DNA of 62,961 bases, filler included, from an uncultured bacterium (GCA_965372715.1; 7 parts of 7 records of this genome joined end to end with filler, not necessarily neighbours in it); one strand, 5' to 3'; positions 20,073 to 30,398 are shown, counted from the first letter of the whole stretch. The notes: generated from the sequence alone by a model not told the origin. Numbers and translations are program-made.

Positions 20073-20951
20073 CTAAAACATCCCCCAATACCAGTTTATA
20101 AGGCTTCTACCGCAGAAGGATGATACTATCGCGCCCAAAGATAGCAACGGGCCGAAACGGACCTCGGTCTTTCGTGAGACCTTGCCGCGCAGAAGAGCGG
20201 GCAGAAAGAGTGCGGTTCCGACCACGCTTGCGACCAGGACCGATAGGAGGGCCAACCGAAACCCCAAGTATGCCCCGAGCAGGGCGCCGATCCGAACGTC
20301 GCCGCCGCCCATCATCCGCCCTTTGCTCAAGAGGACAATCGCGAAGAAGAGGCCCCCGCCAATCAGAATGCCCAAGACGGACGAAAGCGGCGAGCTTGCG
20401 AAAGGTGAAGGTACCAGCCGATAAGTTCTTGAGGCGCCGCCTACGTTCCAGAGCAGCGCGGTCAGGACTAGTCCGCAGCCTATCCCTGGAAGGCTAACAA
20501 CGTCGGGCACAAGCCCAGTCCGATGATCGATCACGGCAATGAGCACGACAAAGAAGCAGAACGAGAGCCATGCGGCAGCTTCGAGCAATCTCGGCGCCGC
20601 GGGTTCCAGCCTCAAGGTCCGGAGGTCCAGGCCGACGCCGACAGCGATCAGCACACATAGAATCCCCATTATCGCCTCGATAATGGGGTATTGCAGCGTC
20701 AGCTTCACCTTACAGTGCCGACATCTGCCGCGCAGCAACACAAAACTCAATATGGGGATATTATCCAACATGCGGATTGCGGTCTTGCAGTTCTGGCAGA
20801 AAGAGCCGGGCCTGACAATCGACTGACCTTGCGCGATTCTGAATGAACAGACGTTCAAGAAGCTGCCGATTGAAAGCCCCAACACAAAGATGACGAAAAG
20901 CTCTAGCACAAAGAACAGGTCCAAATCTCCCACAGCAAACCCAATCGCCAT
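20073..20951 (-). CDS. pilD: Prepilin peptidase PilD
   Basis: GSFLNV, CxxC...CxxC (CQNC, CRHC), AVID, MGGGD and FGPLL motifs. Confidence 0.92.
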   Translation of the reverse strand: MAIGFAVGDLDLFFVLELFVIFVLGLSIGSFLNVCSFRIAQGQSIVRPGSFCQNCKTAIRMLDNIPILSFVLLRGRCRHCKVKLTLQYPIIEAIMGILCVLIAVGVGLDLRTLRLEPAAPRLLEAAAWLSFCFFVVLIAVIDHRTGLVPDVVSLPGIGCGLVLTALLWNVGGASRTYRLVPSPFASSPLSSVLGILIGGGLFFAIVLLSKGRMMGGGDVRIGALLGAYLGFRLALLSVLVASVVGTALFLPALLRGKVSRKTEVRFGPLLSLGAIVSSFCGRSLINWYWGMF

Positions 20952-21169
20952 CTGAAAGCGCCAGGAGCATACATTAGCAAGCCGTCAAGACTGCTTCTTG
21001 CATTCTCAACTATCAGGTTGGGGATCATACTCGATCTCGTTTGACTATTGCAGTTGGTTTTTCGCGGTCGGCAGCGAACCGCACCCGTCTGCCTTTAGGC
21101 GGAGCAAGGAGGCTGGGACATAAGTCGTTGCGCTTGTGTAGGGGCGGCGTCTCAGACCCGCCCTTTCGA

Positions 21170-21209
21170 ATTGATGGTCGCATAAGATGCCTCGTATCCG
21201 CGGGGATTC
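21170..21209 (+). repeat. Dispersed repeat F, truncated at contig end
   Basis: ATTGATGGTCGCATAAGATGCCTCGTATCCGC(G/A)GGGATTC, also at 49253-49292 with one mismatch. Confidence 0.75.
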
Positions 21210-21309
21210 NNNNNNNNNNNNNNNNNNNNNNNNNNNNNNNNNNNNNNNNNNNNTTAATTAATTAANNNNNNNNNNNNNNNNNNNNNNNNNNNNNNNNNNN
21301 NNNNNNNNN
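21210..21309. other. Artificial contig linker
   Basis: N44-TTAATTAATTAA-N44. Confidence 0.99.
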
Positions 21310-21513
21310 CAGGCGCAGTCTCGCCAAAGGCGGATATGAAGGGCGGGGCAAGCACCGCCCCTACCATGCCCACACCGAATTATGACCCGGCCTCCAAAAG
21401 TCCCCCGCACACCGTCAATACGATCCTTGACTGAGGAGTTTGGTATTGGCAGCCGACTATCACTCGTGCTAAGGTCGATCTGCTTGATTGACCTTGAACG
21501 AAATCGGCGAGAC

Positions 21514-23553
21514 ATGAGACTGATCATTCTGCTCATCAGCATTCTGGCCTTGCTTCACCCGCTAATGGGCTGTCGAAGGCCAGAGCCGCCCGAAGTCCCG
21601 ACGCTTGATATCGCATCCGGTCATTATCTCGATGGTCAGTTCTCCAGGGCCAGGGACGAGATCAAGCGTCTGCTTGAAAAGGACATCGGCTCAGAGCTTC
21701 GCGCCGAGGCATGGCTGCTCGATGCGAAGATCCTGCTTTCCATGGGCGACTTTGAGAGCGCCTTAGCCGCGCTCGAGTCGATTTCTGAGCCGGCCATTGG
21801 TCTCAAGCCCGATATCGACTATGTGCTCGCGAAATCGCTCATATTCGCTGGTCGTCTGGAGCGAGCGAAACGCGTGATCGCTTCCATCGAAGCATCAGGG
21901 CCGGCGCCTGAGGGCGCCATTAGGCTACAGCTGCTCAAGGCGTTTCGGGCCACGAGGTCTGGCGAGTATGACAGGGCGCAGCAGCTGGCCGACGCGGTTA
22001 TATGGTCGTCCGAAGGCGTTCTGCGCGCCGAGGGCCAGTTCGCAAAAGGGTTCTGCCTCTATGAAGAGAGGCGCTTCGCCGAGTCGCTCGGCTATATGAA
22101 TCAGGCTGTTAAGGGACTTCGGCCTGGCTACGAGCGCTACGTCTCGGCGTTCGTCGCTGCCCGTTCCGCGGACTCGCTGATGCGGTATGAGCAGTCAATT
22201 GACCTCTACATGGCTGCGCTTTCGGAGGCCAAGAATCTCGCCGACCTTGAGACGTCAATCAGATCTTCGATCGAGCGGCTGCTTCTGTCAAAGATGCAGC
22301 AAGATGGCCTCCAAGCCGTTATTCAGCGATTTGGCATTGGTTTCCCGGCCGATGTCGCCACCTTCGCACTGGCAAGGCGCCTCATCCGCGATGGCAGGCA
22401 TCACGACGCTGAGCAGATACTCGCCGAGTTCCCAGCGCGTTTCGCAGGCAGCAAATGGGCAGAGGTGGCCGCGGATGTTCATAACATGATCGTCATGGGG
22501 ATGCTAGGCGATCCGGACCGCATCGGCCTCATCGCGCCTTTAAGCGGCGACCTAGCGGATTTCGGGGAGGAAGTGCTGCTCGGCACTAGGTTAGCGATTG
22601 CGGATTACTGCGCCGCGTCTGAGGCGAGCATAGCGCTCATCGTGCGCGACAGTGAGGGCGACCCAGACTTGGCGGCCGAGGCGTTCGTCGATCTTGCCGA
22701 GAACGAGAAGGTCATTGCTGTCATCGGGCCGGTCCTGAGCAAATCACTCAGCGCCGTGTCATCGATGGCGACCGAGTATCGGATGCTGGCTTTTTCGCCA
22801 TCCGCATGTGGCGCAGGCGCCCTGGGCGGAAGCCAATACGTCTTTAGGAACTGTTTGCCTCTTTGGACGCAGGCTCGGGCGATAGCGCAGTTCGCGGTCA
22901 AGCGGCTCCACCTTCTGCGGATCGCGGTTCTGATGCCCGAGAAGGAATACGGCACGCTGCTCGCCGATTCATTCATAGACGCTGCGGCAAGCGCCGGCGC
23001 CGAGGTCATCTTCATCAAGAGCTACCCAGCTGGCGAAATGGACTTCGCGGACCGACTGTCCGGCCTATGCGAGCTCGAGCCTGAGGCCATATTCATCGCG
23101 GACTACGCCTCGCAGGTCTCGGTCATCGCGCCTCAGATAGAATACAGCAACATCCACGACGCGGTGCTCTTGGGCTGGGACGGCTGGCACTCCGCCTCAG
23201 CGCTTGCGCCAGTCCTGGGCCAGCTGGAGGGAGCGTTCTTCGTGTCAGGCTTCTGGCTCGACGATGAGACGACCGCGGCCAACAGGCTTCAAGAGCGGCT
23301 TCTTACGGAACAGAACGTGGATTGCTCCCCGCTTCTCGCGCAGAGCTACGACGCGGCGTCTATCCTATGCACGGCGCTCTTCCGCGGCGCGTTCTATCGG
23401 CAGGACCTCCGCGATGAGGTGTCCTGGCTCAAGTTCCGTGGCGTCCTCGGCAGCTACGGCTTCACAGCAAGCGGTCAGGCCACCCGTCCCCTCCACGTCC
23501 TCACCGTCGCCAACGGCCAGATTGTAAAGGTCTGCGACATCGAGGTGGAATGA
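21514..23553 (+). CDS. TPR + periplasmic-binding-fold lipoprotein (LppC/LpoA-like PBP activator)
   Basis: Start moved to ATG 21514, giving a lipoprotein signal (MRLIILLISILALLHPLMGC). TPR-like helices, then IGLIAPLSG, VIGPVLS, YG..LA..F and SYDAA of the type-1 PBP fold. Confidence 0.8.
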   Translation: MRLIILLISILALLHPLMGCRRPEPPEVPTLDIASGHYLDGQFSRARDEIKRLLEKDIGSELRAEAWLLDAKILLSMGDFESALAALESISEPAIGLKPDIDYVLAKSLIFAGRLERAKRVIASIEASGPAPEGAIRLQLLKAFRATRSGEYDRAQQLADAVIWSSEGVLRAEGQFAKGFCLYEERRFAESLGYMNQAVKGLRPGYERYVSAFVAARSADSLMRYEQSIDLYMAALSEAKNLADLETSIRSSIERLLLSKMQQDGLQAVIQRFGIGFPADVATFALARRLIRDGRHHDAEQILAEFPARFAGSKWAEVAADVHNMIVMGMLGDPDRIGLIAPLSGDLADFGEEVLLGTRLAIADYCAASEASIALIVRDSEGDPDLAAEAFVDLAENEKVIAVIGPVLSKSLSAVSSMATEYRMLAFSPSACGAGALGGSQYVFRNCLPLWTQARAIAQFAVKRLHLLRIAVLMPEKEYGTLLADSFIDAAASAGAEVIFIKSYPAGEMDFADRLSGLCELEPEAIFIADYASQVSVIAPQIEYSNIHDAVLLGWDGWHSASALAPVLGQLEGAFFVSGFWLDDETTAANRLQERLLTEQNVDCSPLLAQSYDAASILCTALFRGAFYRQDLRDEVSWLKFRGVLGSYGFTASGQATRPLHVLTVANGQIVKVCDIEVE

Positions 23554-23709
23554 GGACGTGAGGTTTGGGGCATTGACTTAAAGGTATTCCAACTTTAAAG
23601 CTCTGCCCAGATGTGAGAATCTGTATTCGGAATGTCCTGAATGACCAGTGCCGAACCTGTTAGCGGCAGCGAATTGCACCAATACAGACCGAGGAGCAAT
23701 GCTAAGAAG

Positions 23710-24542
23710 ATGAGCAAACTCATGGACCTCATAGGGCTTGCGGGAATCGAGCTGATTGACTTCAAGATTCACTGCGCGACGGACTGGAATTCCTCCCCCC
23801 TCTGGAATTCCTCCCCCCTTGAGGCGTTCTTTGACGGCACTTTCAAGGAATGGCAGGAATACCAGACCAGAAAGAACTTCCAGTGTGAGCACGTGCTCAC
23901 GCTGATTCATCTCAGGAAGGACCTGTGGTTATTTGCAGGGATCTACGCAGTGAAGGGATTCACATCCAAGCAGAAGGAGGACGGCAAGCCTTACTACCTT
24001 TACAGCACTGAAGAAGTTAAGGGTCTCGAGCAGCTAACCGGCAGGGCTGTAGTCCGCTTCAACAAGTCTTTTCGAGCCCCGTATCTGCTCGGAGAGAAGT
24101 ATTCAGACAAGCTGATCGTTGAGAGAATCTGCAAGAAGTGGATGACGATGGGGACTTCCCTGGCTTCAATTCGGTCCTACTTTCTTTCGCAATGCTCAGA
24201 ACCATAGTGCGAGAGGCAAACCCGTCTTGGCGCACAGCTCTCGCCAACGTTGCTGGCGTTTACCTGATCACGGACAGATCGGACGGCAGACACTACGTGG
24301 GGAGCGCATACGGGGGAGAGGGTATATGGCAACGCTGGACGTCCTACGCCAAGGACGGACACAGCGGGAACGTTGAGCTTCGAGATCTCCTTCGAGAGCG
24401 AGGCGAGGACCATGAACAGAACTTCCAGTTCTCGCTTCTCGAGGTCTGCGACCTTCACTCGAGCAACGATTACGTCATTGCCAGAGAGACCCATTGGAAG
24501 CAGGTCCTTAGATCACGCGAGTTCGGTCTGAACAAAAACTGA
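23710..24542 (+). pseudogene. GIY-YIG nuclease family protein, frameshifted
   Basis: Two overlapping ORFs (ending 24207 and 24542) join across the G4 run at 24150-24153 to give ...WMTMGDFPGF.... The C-terminal part has GVYLI..YVGSA, RW and E..WK motifs. Confidence 0.8.
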
Positions 24543-24700
24543 GGGGGACTGGACTTCCACCTGCACAACTCCGACATGAGGGATAAGCAGTCAGAAGAAC
24601 AGTGTAGCCCCTTCCTCCATTCACTTCTCAGGGCTACGCCTTCCACGTTCCCGCTCTTGACCGTCAATGGCTCTTGACTTGCAGGTAATCCGCGCTGCGT

Positions 24701-25924
24701 TCAGAGGCTTCGGAACGGGATGGCCGTGACCTCCGGGGCAAGGGGGAGGCGCACGTCGCCGGGATGCACCACATAGCCCGGAGCGGCTACATCCCTGAAA
24801 TCTCTCTGGAAGGCCTTGATGCCATCAGTCATCGCGGGCTTCGGCGTGGCGGAGAGCTTTGCCTCGATAGGAATCAGCCCAGCGCCGGTTGAGATGACAA
24901 TATCGACTTCGCTGCCGCGGGCCGTCCGCCAAAAGTATATCTGCGGGCTTTCTCCACGATGGACGTAGGTTTTCAGTATCTCGATAAGGACTGCTGTCTC
25001 AAATATCACACCGCCCATGGGCCCCTGCGCAGCGTGTTCGGGGTCCCTGAGGCCCGCGAGGTAGCACAACGTCCCAGTATCCGTGAAATAGACTTTGGGC
25101 GTCTTGACGAGTCGCTTGCCAACGTTTGCGAAATACGGGCGCAAGATGATCACCTGAAAGCTCGCCTCGAGAACCGCAAGCCACGCCTTGGCGGTATTGA
25201 CTGTAACACCAAGATCACGGGCGATATCTGTCAGGTTCAATAGCTGGCCGCATCTCGCCGCGACGGCGCGCAAGAAGCTCTGAAACTGGGTAAGGTCGCC
25301 AATCTGACGCAATGAACGAACATCCCGCTCGAGGTATGTCTGAACATAGCTCGCATGCCACAGCGAAAGGCCCCTGTCTCGCCCTGCTACAAGTTCGGGA
25401 TAGCTGCCGCGGAGCAGCTCCCGCCACAGCTCTGAATGGGACCCGCGCCCTCGCTCCTCGTCCACGGCGTCGCTCTCCCACGGCAGCTCTGCCTCCGGCC
25501 GCCCAATCGACTCACGCCGAGAAAGCGGGAGTAACCTCAGCACAGCGGCACGCCCAGCAAGCGTCTCCGTTACTCGCTCCATCAACAGCAGGTTCTGTGA
25601 GCCGGTCAGAACATATTGCCCGCACGTATCACGGGCAGCATCTACACGCTCCTTTACATAAGCAAGCAAGTCGGGAGCATGTTGCACCTCGTCAAGAACA
25701 ACAGGAGGCGGGTGCATATCGAGGAAACCTCGCGGGTCGGAAAACGCCGCGGCCCGAATGTCGGGCGCCTCAAGCGATACATAACCGTACTGGTCGGCCA
25801 GGAGATGCTGTAGCAGTGTGGTCTTTCCGGACTGCCGGGGACCGGTGAGGACGACGACGGGGAACTCCCTTAGTGCCTGCTTGAGAACAGGTTCTAGTGA
25901 ACGTTTGATGTAGTTACGAGTCAT
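24701..25924 (-). CDS. AAA+ ATPase with DUF4143 domain (COG1373 family)
   Basis: GPRQSGKTT, LDEVQ, LTGS, TYLERD, KRLVKTPKVYFTDTG and EVD...IEAK motifs. AGGAGG RBS. Confidence 0.92.
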   Translation of the reverse strand: MTRNYIKRSLEPVLKQALREFPVVVLTGPRQSGKTTLLQHLLADQYGYVSLEAPDIRAAAFSDPRGFLDMHPPPVVLDEVQHAPDLLAYVKERVDAARDTCGQYVLTGSQNLLLMERVTETLAGRAAVLRLLPLSRRESIGRPEAELPWESDAVDEERGRGSHSELWRELLRGSYPELVAGRDRGLSLWHASYVQTYLERDVRSLRQIGDLTQFQSFLRAVAARCGQLLNLTDIARDLGVTVNTAKAWLAVLEASFQVIILRPYFANVGKRLVKTPKVYFTDTGTLCYLAGLRDPEHAAQGPMGGVIFETAVLIEILKTYVHRGESPQIYFWRTARGSEVDIVISTGAGLIPIEAKLSATPKPAMTDGIKAFQRDFRDVAAPGYVVHPGDVRLPLAPEVTAIPFRSL

Positions 25925-25944
25925 GATCTCCTCCTATCGGTATA

Positions 25945-25967
25945 ATTCTGCATTCAGAATGCACAAT
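25945..25967. promoter_or_regulatory. Palindromic operator candidate upstream of the COG1373 ATPase
   Basis: ATTCTGCATTC-A-GAATGCACAAT, about 20 nt upstream of the start codon. Confidence 0.45.
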
Positions 25968-26131
25968 CGCGCCCGCAACATCAAGCCTCTATCCAGAACA
26001 TCAGGCGCCAAGGCCCGGCGAGCAAAACGTGCAACAAGATCTCTTCGTGTGTCTTCGTGTCCTTCGTGGATTCCTGGTTGCGCTCCGGCGGTTGACCGTG
26101 GCCGGATGCGGTTGCTATACTTTCTGGCCTT

Positions 26132-26818
26132 ATGGACGAGCTTGTCGGGATCATATCTGAGATCAAAGGCTTTCTACGGCTACAGGCCGACCTGGGCGCG
26201 AGGGAGTATCCGAAGGAAGTGGTGTCGCTGCTGCCCAGGGGCGCAAGGTCGCTCAATGAGCTCGAGCAGGAGGCGCTGTCCTGCAAGCGGTGTCGGCTCT
26301 GGGAGACGAGGAACAAGGTCGTGTTTGGCGCCGGGAATCCGAATGCTGACCTCGTGCTCGTCGGCGAGGCGCCGGGCGGGGAGGAGGACAGGCAGGGCAT
26401 CCCATTCGTGGGCCGAGCGGGTTTGCTTCTGACGAAGATCCTGAAGTCGATAGACTTCGAGCGGGAGGAGGTCTTTATCGCGAACGTTCTGAAGTGTCGT
26501 CCGCCGGAGAATCGAGACCCACTTGCGGATGAGGTAGAGGCCTGCGAGCAGTTCTTGGTTGAGCAGATTATGGCTATCAAGCCGAAAATAATCTGCGCGC
26601 TAGGCGCATTCGCCGCGAGGACGCTTCTGAAGCTGGGGCCGAGCACGTCGATCGGTTCGCTGCGAGGCGTTGTCCACAATTATCATGGGGTGCCGCTCGT
26701 GGCGACATATCATCCGGCGTATCTTCTGCGTTCGCCGAACAAGAAGCGGGACACGTGGGAGGACGTGAAGTTCCTTCGGCGGCTGTATGAGAAGCTTACG
26801 GACACGGAAGGGCAATGA
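26132..26818 (+). CDS. udg: Uracil-DNA glycosylase, family 4 (Fe-S)
   Basis: CxxC, GEAPG, PFVG, NVLKCRPP and TYHPAY motifs. TTGACC-N18-TATACT promoter with extended TG just upstream. Confidence 0.93.
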   Translation: MDELVGIISEIKGFLRLQADLGAREYPKEVVSLLPRGARSLNELEQEALSCKRCRLWETRNKVVFGAGNPNADLVLVGEAPGGEEDRQGIPFVGRAGLLLTKILKSIDFEREEVFIANVLKCRPPENRDPLADEVEACEQFLVEQIMAIKPKIICALGAFAARTLLKLGPSTSIGSLRGVVHNYHGVPLVATYHPAYLLRSPNKKRDTWEDVKFLRRLYEKLTDTEGQ

Positions 26819-27207
26819 CCGGCGAGAAGCTCGAGCCGCTGACGGACTTTCAGAAGGAGCTGATTGAGAAGGTCGCGCGGAAGGTTGTGAGGTGGCACGC
26901 GGCGGTTCCGGCGATATTCACGCTGGAGTCGATGAAGCCATTGAGCTTCGTCGGCAGTCAGTTTCTGATCGCGATAGGGCCTTTTGCTGAGATAGTGTTC
27001 AATCACGACGAGTATGAGCAGTTTGTGCTCGCAATGGAGAGTCGGGACAACGTAGAGTATTTTCTTCAGCGGATTGAGTCGCTCGATGCGAAGGCGAGGG
27101 ACGAGGAGAAGGCCGCTCGGAAGCGTGCCAAGGAGCTTCGGCGGGACCGGCGCGCAGCGCGACGCGCGGAGAGGCTTCAAGCCAGAGCCGCGAGCGAGGA
27201 CAATTGA
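26815..27207 (+). CDS. Hypothetical protein
   Basis: 130 aa, ATGA overlap with udg. Core VPAIFTLESMKPLSFVGSQ and a basic tail. Confidence 0.7.
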   Translation: MTGEKLEPLTDFQKELIEKVARKVVRWHAAVPAIFTLESMKPLSFVGSQFLIAIGPFAEIVFNHDEYEQFVLAMESRDNVEYFLQRIESLDAKARDEEKAARKRAKELRRDRRAARRAERLQARAASEDN

Positions 27208-27267
27208 CTAGTTCTTCCCGGGTAGTATGATCTTCGCTGCCAGATTTTTTCATAATAAGGATGAGAT

Positions 27268-29085
27268 ATGACCGAGATTGTGCCAGAAAACGTAAGGTCG
27301 ATTCTCGCGACCGACTGCGGCAGCACGACAACGAAGGCGATACTCATAGAGAAGCGCGACGGCGAGTATCGACTGATCGTTCGGGGCGAGGCGCCGACGA
27401 CGGTTGAAGCGCCGTTTGAGGACGTCACGATGGGGGCCCTAAACGCGATTGCCGAGGTTGAGGAGTTGACTGGCAGGAGGATTCTGGACGGGCCCAAGAT
27501 ACTTTCTCCTCAGACGGACGAGAAGACCGGCGTCGATATATACATCTCGACATCGAGCGCAGGCGGTGGGCTTCAGATGATGGTCGGCGCCGTTGTCAAG
27601 AGCATGACGGTCGAATCTGCTCAGCGTGCAGCGCTCGGGGCTGGAGCCATCGTCATGGACGCGATTGCGTCGAACGACGGCCGGCTGCCTCACGAGAAGA
27701 TCGAGCGGATACGTCAGCTTCGTCCGGACATGATTCTGCTGGCCGGCGGGATTGATGGCGGCACGATATCGCACGTTGTGGAGATGGCGGAGCTGATAGC
27801 GGCTGCTGATCCGAAGCCTCGGCTCGGGATGTCGTATCGATTGCCCGTTATCTATGCCGGCAACAAGGACGCAAGGGGCGAGATAACTGAGCGCCTGGGC
27901 GAAAAGACGGACCTTTCGATCGTCGATAACCTTCGGCCGGTGCTTGAGCGGGAGAACCTCACCCCGGCGCGGAACATGATACACGATCTATTCATGGAGC
28001 ACGTGATGGCTCAGGCGCCGGGCTACAAGAAGCTCATGGCCTGGACGGACGCGCCGATCATGCCGACGCCGGGCGCCGTGGGCAAGATAATCGAGACGAT
28101 AGCGAAACTCGAGAATATTCAGGTGGTTGGTGTTGACATCGGCGGCGCTACGACTGACATTTTTTCCGTGTTTTCGGGCGTCTTCAACCGCACTGTTTCG
28201 GCCAATCTCGGGATGAGTTACAGCGTGTCGAATGTGCTGGCCGAGGCTGGCCTAGAGAACGTGATGCGCTGGATACCGTTCGATTTGGACGAGCGGGACC
28301 TCAGGAATCGGATCAAGAACAAGATGATTCGGCCGACGACGATACCTCAGAGTCTTCAGGAGCTGATTATCGAGCAGGCGATCGCAAGGGAGGCGTTGAG
28401 GCTTGCCTTTGAGCATCATAAGTCGCTTGCGGTTGGGCTGAAGGGCGTGCAGCAGGAGCGGACGATCTCGGACGCTTTTGCGCAATCTGGGACGGGCGCG
28501 ACGCTGGTCAACCTTATGCAGCTGGACATGCTAGTCGGCAGCGGTGGCATTCTGTCACATGCGCCTCGCCGGCATCAGGCGGCCGTCATGCTGATAGACG
28601 CATTTCAGCCGGAGGGCGTCACGCGGCTGGCGGTTGACAGCATCTTCATGATGCCGCAGTTGGGCGTTCTATCGACGCTGCACGAGACCGCTGCGACCGA
28701 GGTCTTTGACAAGGATTGTCTGATCCACCTGGGCACTTGCGTGGCGCCGACCGGGTCAGGGAAACCCGGGGCCCCCTGCATGCAGGTTTCGGCAGACCTG
28801 CCGAGCGGCCAGCACCGGGAGATATCACTCAGCCTGGGCGAGATGTATCTTCTTGAGGCAGATGTCGGCGAGACAGTTCAGTTGACTGTGAGTCCTCATA
28901 AGGGATTCGACGTTGGCGCCGGTTCCGGCAAGTCAATCACGACGAATGTGAGTGGCGGTGTTGTCGGAGTCGTCCTTGACGCTCGAGGCAGGCCCATCGC
29001 GCTTCCGGAGGACAGACCGGAGCGGGTTCGCAAGTTCCAGGAGTGGCACAAGGCACTTTCAATGTATCCTGAATACTCTTTCTGA
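27268..29085 (+). CDS. glmL: Glutamate mutase L (GlmL)-like actin-fold ATPase with C-terminal extension
   Basis: TDCGSTTTK and VDIGGATTDIFS phosphate motifs, SSAGGGL, LAGGIDGG, MPTP, RTVSANLGM. TTGACT-N16-TATGAT promoter at 27204-27231. Confidence 0.82.
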   Translation: MTEIVPENVRSILATDCGSTTTKAILIEKRDGEYRLIVRGEAPTTVEAPFEDVTMGALNAIAEVEELTGRRILDGPKILSPQTDEKTGVDIYISTSSAGGGLQMMVGAVVKSMTVESAQRAALGAGAIVMDAIASNDGRLPHEKIERIRQLRPDMILLAGGIDGGTISHVVEMAELIAAADPKPRLGMSYRLPVIYAGNKDARGEITERLGEKTDLSIVDNLRPVLERENLTPARNMIHDLFMEHVMAQAPGYKKLMAWTDAPIMPTPGAVGKIIETIAKLENIQVVGVDIGGATTDIFSVFSGVFNRTVSANLGMSYSVSNVLAEAGLENVMRWIPFDLDERDLRNRIKNKMIRPTTIPQSLQELIIEQAIAREALRLAFEHHKSLAVGLKGVQQERTISDAFAQSGTGATLVNLMQLDMLVGSGGILSHAPRRHQAAVMLIDAFQPEGVTRLAVDSIFMMPQLGVLSTLHETAATEVFDKDCLIHLGTCVAPTGSGKPGAPCMQVSADLPSGQHREISLSLGEMYLLEADVGETVQLTVSPHKGFDVGAGSGKSITTNVSGGVVGVVLDARGRPIALPEDRPERVRKFQEWHKALSMYPEYSF

Positions 29086-29106
29086 CGATAACAATGAGGT
29101 AGCGTC

Positions 29107-30237
29107 TTGGCTCACGCATACACACCAGGGCTGAAAGTAGTTGAGAGAACCGTAATCAGGAAGCCGCGTATCCTTCCGCTTAAGGGCCAGGTGCTCGTCG
29201 AGCAGGGAATGACTGTCAAGGCGGAGGACGTCGTCGCAAAGACCGACCTTCCGGGCAACGTGTATCCTGTCAACGTTGCGAATATCTTGGGGATCGTCCC
29301 TGAAGATATTGAGCACTCCATGCTGGTAGAGCAAGGCGGGGCGGTCAAGAAGGACGAGCCGATAGCGATGACGAAGGGCTTCTTTGGGCTTTTTAAGTCG
29401 TTCTGCAATTCCCCGGCCGATGGAACCATCGAGAACATCTCCAAGGTAACGGGGCAAGTCCTTGTGCGCGGGGCGCCGCTTCCTGTGTCTGTCGATGCCT
29501 ACATCGACGGCACAGTCGTCGAGGTCTTTGAGGATGAGGGTGTGCTCGTAGAGACTCAGGGCGCGTTCGTGCAGGGGATATTCGGCATAGGCGGCGAGGC
29601 CTGTGGCACGATCCGACTGGTCTGTAGTTCACCGAACGAAGTATTGGACAAGAGCTCGATCCCCGACGATTGCAGGGGACAGGTTCTCGTCGGCGGCTCG
29701 CTCGTAACCAGCGACGCAACCAGACGGGCCATCGAGCTGGGCGCAGTGGGTATTGTTGTTGGTGGGCTTGCCGACCAGGACCTGCGGGACTTTTTGGGAT
29801 ATGACATCGGCGTTGCGATAACCGGTTCTGAGCAGTTGGGCATAACGCTCGTCATAACGGAGGGCTTCGGAGAGATCAACATGGCCAGCAGCACATTTGA
29901 GATACTCAAATCTAACGAGGGCAGACGAGCTTCCATCAACGGCGCGACGCAGATACGGGCCGGCGTGCTACGGCCAGAGGTCGTGATACCCTTCGGAGCG
30001 AGCCAGGAGCAACAGCGGAGCGAGACAGCGGAGAAGCCATCGGTCGGCCTTCAAGTGGGCAGCGAGATTAGGGCAATCCGTGAGCCGTATTTCGGCCGCC
30101 TGGGCACGGTGACCGCACTCCCGCCGGAGCTTCAGAAGCTCGAGACCGAGTCGCACGCTAGAGTTTTGGAGGTGGAGTTTGACGACGGCTCCAGGACGAT
30201 ACTTCCCCGGGCCAATGTCGAGATGATAGAGCACTAG
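29107..30237 (+). CDS. Hypothetical protein (barrel-sandwich-hybrid-like N-terminus, KOW/SH3-like C-terminus) in the glmL operon
   Basis: 376 aa, TTG start with GAGG RBS. Segments VKKDEPIA..SPADGTI, QGIFGIGGE, TEGFG and IREPYFGRLGTV. Confidence 0.7.
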   Translation: MAHAYTPGLKVVERTVIRKPRILPLKGQVLVEQGMTVKAEDVVAKTDLPGNVYPVNVANILGIVPEDIEHSMLVEQGGAVKKDEPIAMTKGFFGLFKSFCNSPADGTIENISKVTGQVLVRGAPLPVSVDAYIDGTVVEVFEDEGVLVETQGAFVQGIFGIGGEACGTIRLVCSSPNEVLDKSSIPDDCRGQVLVGGSLVTSDATRRAIELGAVGIVVGGLADQDLRDFLGYDIGVAITGSEQLGITLVITEGFGEINMASSTFEILKSNEGRRASINGATQIRAGVLRPEVVIPFGASQEQQRSETAEKPSVGLQVGSEIRAIREPYFGRLGTVTALPPELQKLETESHARVLEVEFDDGSRTILPRANVEMIEH

Positions 30238-30398
30238 ATTCGGCGTTGAGGGCAGCAGCGCAACGCGCCTGGAGGCCCTCGTCGCCATACGTGTGGATGT
30301 TGAGGGTTTAAGTCCTAACAATTGTACGCATATTCGTCGAGTTCGTTTTCCCTGAATCACTACGTTTCAACGCGGTGATATGAATGGCTCTTATTATT

